Source of the DNA: the human T2T-CHM13v2.0 reference genome, Homo sapiens
DNA: 64,000 nt
Direction: 5' to 3' (one strand)
NCBI RefSeq assembly: GCF_009914755.1
Contig: NC_060929.1
In this document: positions 46,141 through 64,000 of the stretch, in pieces
Numbering within the stretch: the first letter of the stretch is position 1
Layout of the letters: the number at the start of each line of letters is the position of its first letter
Translations under genes and position numbers: made by a program
The notes under the pieces: model-generated
What the model was told of the DNA's origin: nothing
The model's database searches: none
What the model saw: the letters and a program-made list of their open reading frames with translations, nothing else

Positions 46141-46813
46141 ACTAGAATAGTTCATTGTAATCCTCACCAGCATCCCCCTCGCCCTTGCCCAACCTGGAAG
46201 AGTCCTATAAACCAAGCCACTGCAGGGCTGTTGTAGGGCAGCCTATGTGGACCCCATCCCTGGTCCAATCTATACCTACCCCGACACAAGAGCCAATGCT
46301 GTTTCCTTGAGCAGAGAGCTGCAGAAGGGATGGTGTCTGCTGTAAGAAAATCCTGGGCATGATGAGTGTGGTAACTGACCACACCAGCACAGTCCTCGGT
46401 GAGCAAGCCAATGATGGGAGAACTCTTCCCTCTGCTGACACTGTCTCTACTAAAGGTTCCCAAACGCCAGAGCTTTGGGAGACCACATGTGAATAAAGAT
46501 TGCTGTGCAGCCTGTCTCAGAACATTAGATAATCGAATCCAATATAATTGTCATCAGAGAACATGAATTTGGAATTCTGTAGCAGTTAAAACAACTTTGG
46601 AATCAGACAGGGCCAAGTCCTGACTGCCTCTCACTAGCTAAGCAAGTCGCTCAACTCTAACCAACCTTAGAGACTAGCTTTCTTATCTGTAAAATGGAGA
46701 TGATATTAGTACTCACCTTAACCATTATTATGGAGATTAAATGAGATAATGATACAAGTAAAGCATCCAGCCTAGTGCCTGACACACAGGAAGTTCTGAA
46801 TATATCTTAGCTA

Positions 46814-47111
46814 TTTTTTTTTTTTTTTTTGAGACGGAGTTTCACTCTTGTTGCGCAGGCTGGAGTGCAATGGTGCAATCTTGGCTTACTGCAACCTCCG
46901 CTCCCAGGTTCAAGCAATTCCCCTGCCTCAGCCTCCCAAGTAGCTGGGATTACAGGCATGCACCAACACGCCCAGCTAATTTTTTGTATTTAGTAAAGAC
47001 AGGGTTTCACCATGTTGGTCAGGCTGGTCTCGAACTCCTGACCTCAGGTGATCCACCTGCCTCAGCCTCCCAAAGTGCTGGGATTAGTGGCGTGAGCCAC
47101 CGCACCCAGCC
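46814..47111 (-). mobile_element. Reverse AluS at the end of a MIR (~46590-46810)
   Basis: ATCTTAGCTATT duplication. Confidence 0.92.
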
Positions 47112-48329
47112 GATCTTAGCTATTATTAGTACTACTCTTTTCCATGCCTGTTGGCTACACAGACATTGTGCTAGAGACTGAGCAAAGTTAAATCACACAC
47201 AAATACATGTGTGAGTACTTACAAACTCACATAGGGGATTCTGCTTTATATCCCTACTTAACATTCCAAATAATTACCTCACTCTCAGACCTACACACAC
47301 ATTATACATCATGCCCAGGCTATATGGATGCTTTCATGAAAAGGTTGAAAGAAGAGGTAACCTTTATCTACTCAGGTAGACAAACCCTCCCTCCAGCTAA
47401 AAATGAGACACACAGGAAATGAGAAGTGTGGGAATGTTTCTGGACAAGATAATTTTGGGGACTTTTCTGGGGAAAGGAATACTCCATCCTCTGAGCTGGG
47501 GGAGGATGACAAGTTGAATGTGGTTTTTCTCAGAAGCGTCTTTATTACTCCACATATTGGTGCACAAAATAGGCTAACTCAGGCAACAAGAGGTTGGCCA
47601 CATGCAACTAATCATTCTTATTTGTTTAGTTTTTGTGGCTTCCCATTTCCCCATGGCCTCTGCAGAGATGCCCAGGGTGAGAGGCATTAGCTCCAGGATC
47701 ATTATGGAATTATGAGGCCCATCAAACCATCATTAGAGCCACTGCTGGGAAGTAAATCTTCCACAGCTAGGACTGGGTTGCATAGCCATAGGAACCCTGC
47801 TTCATTCTCCTAACACCTGCTCCTCAGGAACTGGCAGGGGTAAGAGCTGGGGAGTGGAGTGAGGTTGAAGGGCCCTTCTCCAGGGCAGGGGATCTGAGGG
47901 CCACGGCCTTGTCCGCACCTCACCCTGGGCAACAATGACAATAATAACCTAATGTTAAGCAGAACATTACAGTTACAGTTAATAAAGTTTGCTCACATTC
48001 CTTATGCCATTTAATTCTCACAGGAATCCCATGAGATACTTGTTTTGTTGCCCCTCATTAACCAAAAAGGAAACTGAAGTCCAAATGCGCTGAGAGATGC
48101 AGCATAGTGCTGGGCGCGTGGCAGCCCCAAATTGGAATGTGTGGACCTAAGTGCTCCCTAAGGGTCCAAGAAGCCCTCAGCCTTGATTTAGCTCCAAATC
48201 TAATACTTTCATATTACAAATAGGTCAGATTCCACCTGCCAGAGTGTGTCCATTAGTTAACAAGTTTATTGAGTTCACGTGCTGGGTGCTGTGCTATGCA
48301 CTGGGAATACAATCGTGAGTGAAGAGACT

Positions 48330-49672
<1,343 letters not shown>

Positions 49673-49904
49673 GGTCCCTTCCTTCAGGAAGCTAAAATTC
49701 TGCATGTAAGACAGGCATGAAACAAAAAATAAACAATAATTAATTAATCAAATTACTACACATAAAGGAGATAAGCCAGGTGCTGTGGGACTTAATGTCA
49801 TTGGGGGCTCCAGGAAAGGCTTCCCCCAGAAAGCAACACTTAAGAGTTGAGATTTGAAGGATCACTTGAAGTTTTCAGATTAAGAAAAGGAGGGAAAAGT
49901 ATAG

Positions 49905-50714
<810 letters not shown>

Positions 50715-50739
50715 AAAAAGAGAATTTATTGACTCATGC

Positions 50740-51982
<1,243 letters not shown>

Positions 51983-52369
51983 TAATTGAAAAGTCCACGG
52001 GTAACATGTTGACCTTCAAGCAGAGGTGGATTCGGAGCTCCAGCTTAACGTGATATACAGACTTTCAGTTCTAAAACCAGGAAAGTCCCAGGCAAACTGG
52101 GACAATTAATTACTGTAGCTCCAATGTGTAAACAGGTCTTGGTGTCTCCATTTCTTGGCTCTGCTTTCAGCTGAGTTGGATAATTCAGTCTCCGGATCTA
52201 CACATAGCAAGACAGGACAGCAGCTCCAGACCCTATATTCTCTCAAGTTGGAGTCCTGAAAGAAAGGAACTAGTTTGCTTCCCTCATGACTCCAAAGAAT
52301 TAGAGTGGGTCTTACTGGCTGTCATTAGTCTACTTGAGACATATGTCCACTGTTTTATTTTATCTGGTT

Positions 52370-53445
52370 TAGTTTTTTAAATTGAGATATAATTCACATT
52401 CCATAAAATTCATCTTTTTAAAGTATGCAATTCAGTAGTTTTTAATATATTCACAATGTTGTATGATTATCACCACTATCTAATTCCAAAACATTTCTAT
52501 CACCCTAAAGAGAAACTCTAGGCCAAGTACAGTGGCTTACACCTGTAATCCCAGCATTTTGGGAGGCCAAGGCAGGCAGACAACTTGAGCCCAGGAGTTT
52601 GAGACCAGCCTGAACAACATAAGAAACCCCTTCCCTATAAAAAATACAAAAATTAGCTGGACATGGTGGCGAGTGCCTATGGTCCCAGCTACTCCAGAGG
52701 CTGAAGTGGGAGGAGTGCTTGAGCCTGGGAGGCAGAAATGGCAGTTAGCCACTGCACTCCACCCTGGGCGACAGAGCCAAACCCTGTCTCAAAAAAAAAA
52801 GAAACCCTATACTCAGTAACAGCCACTACCCATTCCCCCTCCTTCCAGTGCCTGGCTACCACTAATCTTTCTGTCTCCACAGGTTTGCCTATTCTAGATA
52901 TTTCATATAAATTGAATCAAATAATATATGGCCTTTTGTGTCTGTCCTCTTTCGCTTAGCATAATGTTTATAAGGTTCATCCATGTTGTAACATGAATCA
53001 GTACTTTATTCCTTTTTATTGCTGAATAATAGCCCATTGTATGAATATAAAAAAGTTGTACATGAATGTTCATAGCAGCATTCTGATGCCAAGTGGTAGA
53101 TAGTTGGGTTGCTTCCACTTTTTGACTATTATGAATAATGCTGCTATGAGCATTCATATACACTTGACCCTTGAACAACACAAGTTTGAATTGCAAGGAT
53201 CCACTTATATGCAGATTTTTTTTACCAAATGCAAATTGAAAATACAGTATTCGCAGGATGTGAAACCTGAGTATATGGAGGGCTGACTTTTTGTATACTC
53301 AGGCTCTGCAGAGCCAACTGCAGGACTTGAGTTTGCATGGATTTTGGTGTACTTGGGCGTCTGGAACTAATCCTTTGCATACACTGAGTGTTGATCATAC
53401 AAGGTTACCTAGAAGTGGAATTGCTGGATTGTACGGTAACTCTGT
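52370..53445 (-). mobile_element. L1MB/ME 3' fragment with an AluJ (52521-52800) and a MER8 insertion
   Basis: TTGAGATATAATTCACATTCCATAAAATTCA..CTTAGCATAATGTTT..GAAGTGGAATTGCTGG. Confidence 0.8.
53161..53395 (-). mobile_element. MER8 (Tigger-type MITE)
   Basis: CACTTGACCCTTGAACAACAC..GAAAATACAGTATTCGCAGGATG..GGACTTGAG matches the recalled MER8 in reverse. Confidence 0.8.
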
Positions 53446-53488
53446 GTATGTCCCCATTCTTGAACCAATCACTGTGGCCTAAGAATAG

Positions 53489-54135
<647 letters not shown>

Positions 54136-55341
54136 TACGCCACATGTTCTACTCCTGATGCTGAGGATGGAGTCAGTTTCATTAGGACCACATGGAATGA
54201 AAAGAAAATGATGGTTCACCAGGAAGAAATGGGGTACAGTTATCAGATGGAGGATGAATGGAATCTAGGCAGCAAATCTACAGATGGTCATTGCAAATTG
54301 CCATATTAATTGAATGCTCACTATGAGCCCGGCACTGTGTTAAGTACATGCATTATCTCATGTGACCTTTACGACAGCCTCATAAGGATTCTATTATTCT
54401 ATTACTCCCCTACAGATGCAGAAACTGAGCTCAGAAAAGTTGAATAAGTTGTCCAAGTTTATATAGCTGAAAATTGAGTGTTTGAACCCAGGTCTGATGC
54501 AAAGTGTCAGAGAAAAACAGATCTTGAGTTAGGCTAAAATATACCTGCTAAAGCGTCTTTTGCATCATTTGCCCAATATTTTTATAATCATTGGGGAAGA
54601 GTCTGTGTAACCACAAATTTCCTTTCACACCAAGGACAAGGAAGAACAGGTTTTTATCAAGAAAAAAATCATAGTTGACATTTTTTCCCTTTAGATTTCC
54701 AAGTAAGCTTCCCAATTTTGTCAGATATCACATTATTGGCATTGAGATTAAGCAGCTATATTTCTCAGAAAGTCTCCATGCTTTTTGTCACCACTCATCT
54801 TTTTCTAACAGGCCTAGAAATTCAGCTAAATTCTGCTTGTCATGTGATTAGGAAGTGCAGAACTCCACACCATGCTCATAACCTCCTCCAGAAATGATTT
54901 ACAAGAGCTCTTCTGTAGTCCTCATGATGAGGGCCTGGGGCTAGGGATCTCTGACTCCCTACTCTCTACTCCTGTGGACCAGAACCCCAATGATGTGAGA
55001 TGGATGGGACAGAAGATGTGAGGCAACCAAAGAGTTGAAGAATATAAGAAGTTGCATTTCATTGCCACCACCCGCCACCAATTCCGAAATGTCAGTCCTT
55101 AGAGCATCACAGGAGAATAACCTCATATTAAACTGTATACTGTATTAAGCTTCATACTAAGCTGCAAGCGTTAGCACCACACCGACTCCTCCTTGAGAGA
55201 CCCCATCCCACTACCCCTCCTCCCTAGTACACACACATCACCATCAAAGCAACTTGCATCCCAAACCCTTGAAAGATTTACTGCCAGTACTGCAGACAAA
55301 TCAGTGAATACCCGGCAGTCGATTCCAAAGACAGGATGCTC

Positions 55342-55394
55342 ATTTGCATGAGGAGTTGCATGTCATTTGCATTATATTTGCAATCCATTTGCAT
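55342..55394. promoter_or_regulatory. Array of five POU octamer(-like) motifs, candidate enhancer
   Basis: ATTTGCAT at 55342, 55365, 55387; AGTTGCAT at 55354; ATTTGCAA at 55376; function is inferred only. Confidence 0.5.
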
Positions 55395-55893
55395 ATCACG
55401 TCTGCCCTGTCAAAATGTACATAAATGCTTTATACTTTCACTTTTTTTATTTTCTAAAGAGGACTACGCCCCCGCATCCTGCCCAGACTGTCTGGGAAAA
55501 TTACTGGTTGAGTATTCCCAGCTTAATTGTGAAGAGCCTCACGTGCCATACTGAGGCGATTTCAAACTGTGGAAGAGCCCCAAGGATGTCAGAACCTAGC
55601 TTGAGAAACTTCATTCATTCATTTATTCAACATGTCTTTATTGAACACTTACGATGTGCACTGTTGTTCTAGGTGCTGCAGATATATCTGTAAATAATGA
55701 GATGAAAATAGTTGCAGCATTAAAAGTTAAATGCTGTCATTTCAGAAAATCACTTGGCACCAACCCAATCAATACATAATACAAGTGCAAAAAAAAAAAG
55801 GCACTAAAATTTCCTGAAAGTGCTTGGTTATAAGGTCATCCGGTGTTACAGACTATGCTTATGTCGTTATTACTATTTTGTTAAGATTAATCC

Positions 55894-57644
<1,751 letters not shown>

Positions 57645-57649
57645 AGAGA

Positions 57650-59330
<1,681 letters not shown>

Positions 59331-59448
59331 TGGTGGCCAGAATTAGTTATTGAGGAAGGAACGAAAAACAAGAAAGTAAAGATACTAAGATATTCTCCAG
59401 TGGTTTCTAAATGCCAGTCAAAAAACCACCTGCATTAAAATCACATGG

Positions 59449-61914
<2,466 letters not shown>

Positions 61915-62844
61915 AAGAAAAGATTACTAAGTAGCATTGAAGGCCTGATCACAACTGAAAATCAGACATTGGAGCTAGTGAACATAGTTTCGTGGTTTTT
62001 TCTAGTAGCCTGGAGGCAAGAGGCAGAAACAGAGAAAACGAACCTTGTCTTATCTTCTTGTGGAAATTAGAGTAGGAGGGACAAAATGACCAGAGGCAAA
62101 GGAACTGGAGGTAGTAGTGAGAATGGAGGGAAAATGACTCTATTTGTCCAAGAGCAGTTTAGAAACATACTGTCTGGAGCGTCCCTTGTTCTGTTCCCCA
62201 CACTTCTGTGCTTCATGCCTCCACCTGGACTCAAAGGTAAGAAAATCAGCTAATCCTCTTTGTATACTGGGACTCAGGCTTAAAGGAGAGAAGGTAGTAG
62301 AAGCCACAGTTCGTGTTAAAAGGAGGCTCAGCAACAGATCCAGGGCAAGGCAGGGGTGCCCCTGAGATGTTGCTCTAATCTGGGAATGCCAGGAAGGGTA
62401 GGGGCAAATCCTGACTTTGTGTGGCCACCGAGGAGGAGGATGCTGCTCTGAGGGTTTGAGGAGCTGTCATCTGTGATGTGTGGCAACTCACGGCCTGAAA
62501 AATTAATTGGGCTGCTCCAGACAGGAAATAAAATGAAAATTCTGTCCAAGCAGGTGTCCTACTAACTCAGCAGGAAGCTGGGAACTGATTTGCATGTTCC
62601 AACATCCTCTTCTCTCTCCCTTCTCTGTAGTCACAGCTGGTTTTACGCTGCTCTCCAGGGAGGGGCATCAGAGATGTACAGTCTTACAGAGCTGGGAAAG
62701 AGGCTTCCTTGGGAGAGAAGTCCAGGAAAAGAGAATGGAAATGGTTGTACCATTACAACTCTAACTTCACTTCCTCTCTGTCCCTGCAGGCTCAGTAGAA
62801 GGAAAAAGAAATAAACTAACACTTGTGAAAGGGCTACTTCATGT

Positions 62845-63170
<326 letters not shown>

Positions 63171-63783
63171 CTAAAGACTTTCACATTAATCTTCCCAACA
63201 ACTCTGCAAGCCCAAAATCATACTCATTCTTACACATAAGGAAAATGGAGTTTGGGGGAGCAGAAATATCACACAGCTAGCAAGGGGCAGGCCAGGGACC
63301 CAACACAGGGCAGTCTCACTCAAACTCTGAACTTTTTCTACTCTAGTAAGCTCAGTCATGTTTTCTGTGTGTATTAAAGATTAATTGACCCTATGGTTAG
63401 TGTAGGCACTGCACACAGTTTGTTGAGCACTGACGTGTGGGAGAGGGCTCAACTGCCCAATTCTCAGGGCACCTAGGGACACACAGACCAATGACTGAGA
63501 CTGTTATTCACCAATAATAATAACAACATCAACAATGAGATCCACCATTTCTTGAGATTTTACTAAGTGGTGAGCAACTTTTTAAGTGCTTTATATGTAT
63601 TATCTAATATATTCTCACCATAACCCTGAGAGGGAGCCAACAATTATTCTTTCAAGAATCCATGGAACATCTGAGAAAACTGATCACATGCTAGGCCTGA
63701 AAGCACATCTCATCAGAAACCAAAAAATCAATTTGTTAGCAGCCGAACATATCTGAGTCACAAGTCACATGGCACCAGAGTAT

Positions 63784-63953
63784 ATTACCAGTGGCGAATC
63801 TGTATGGGTCTGCAGCAATGTTGATTCTTGCCTCCTCAGAGGAAATAATTTGACCAAGGGGCATAAGACAGAAGGAGAGACCGAGGCAAGTTTTAGAGCA
63901 GGAGTGGAAGTTTATTACAAAACTTTAGAGCAGGAATGAAACTAAGTAAAATA
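63784..63953 (-). mobile_element. ERV1 LTR (MER50-like) 3' end
   Basis: TTACCAGTGGCGAATCTGTATGGGTCTGCAGCAA..TTCTTGCCTCCTCAGA..GAGACCGAGGCAAGTTTTAGAGCAGGAG. Confidence 0.7.
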
Positions 63954-64000
63954 GCCTCTCCCTCTCCCTCTCCCTCTCTTTCCACAGTCTCCCTCTGATG
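63954..64000 (+). mobile_element. 5' start of a second SVA, truncated by the window edge
   Basis: CCTCTCCCTCTCCCTCTCCCTCTCTTTCCACAGTCTCCCTCTGATG, nearly identical to the head of the SVA at 9889. Confidence 0.88.

Overview
Human/primate genomic DNA, very Alu-dense (about 70 Alu pieces, roughly 30% of the window), with no protein-coding exon that I can support. A CpG island at ~38.15-38.65 kb holds the promoter and first non-coding exon of a minus-strand gene. From recalled mRNA sequence I identify it as SIL1, the ER BiP nucleotide-exchange factor at 5q31. Bases 1-38.3 kb would then be its first intron, with a probable alternative 5'UTR exon at ~36.5 kb, and 38.6-64 kb upstream intergenic DNA. 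The rest is layered transposon debris: an old L1M carrying a MER4-type LTR, Tigger3, many Alus and a full-length SVA; solo LTRs (MSTA, MSTB, MLT1, MER9); DNA transposons (MER1, MER6A, MER8, MADE1); a U6 pseudogene; and the start of a second SVA at the right edge. All ORFs in the supplied track look spurious (Alu, SVA or GC-rich frames). I see no novel multi-gene system. The three most unusual signals are (1) a helically phased array of five POU octamer motifs at 55.34-55.39 kb in unique sequence, (2) a 5'UTR-only mRNA fragment, probably B4GALT3, replacing part of the L1 at 12.8-13.06 kb, and (3) a 36-nt ERVK-LTR terminus replacing the core of an Alu at 56.9 kb. Family and gene names come from memory of consensus sequences, not from database searches.
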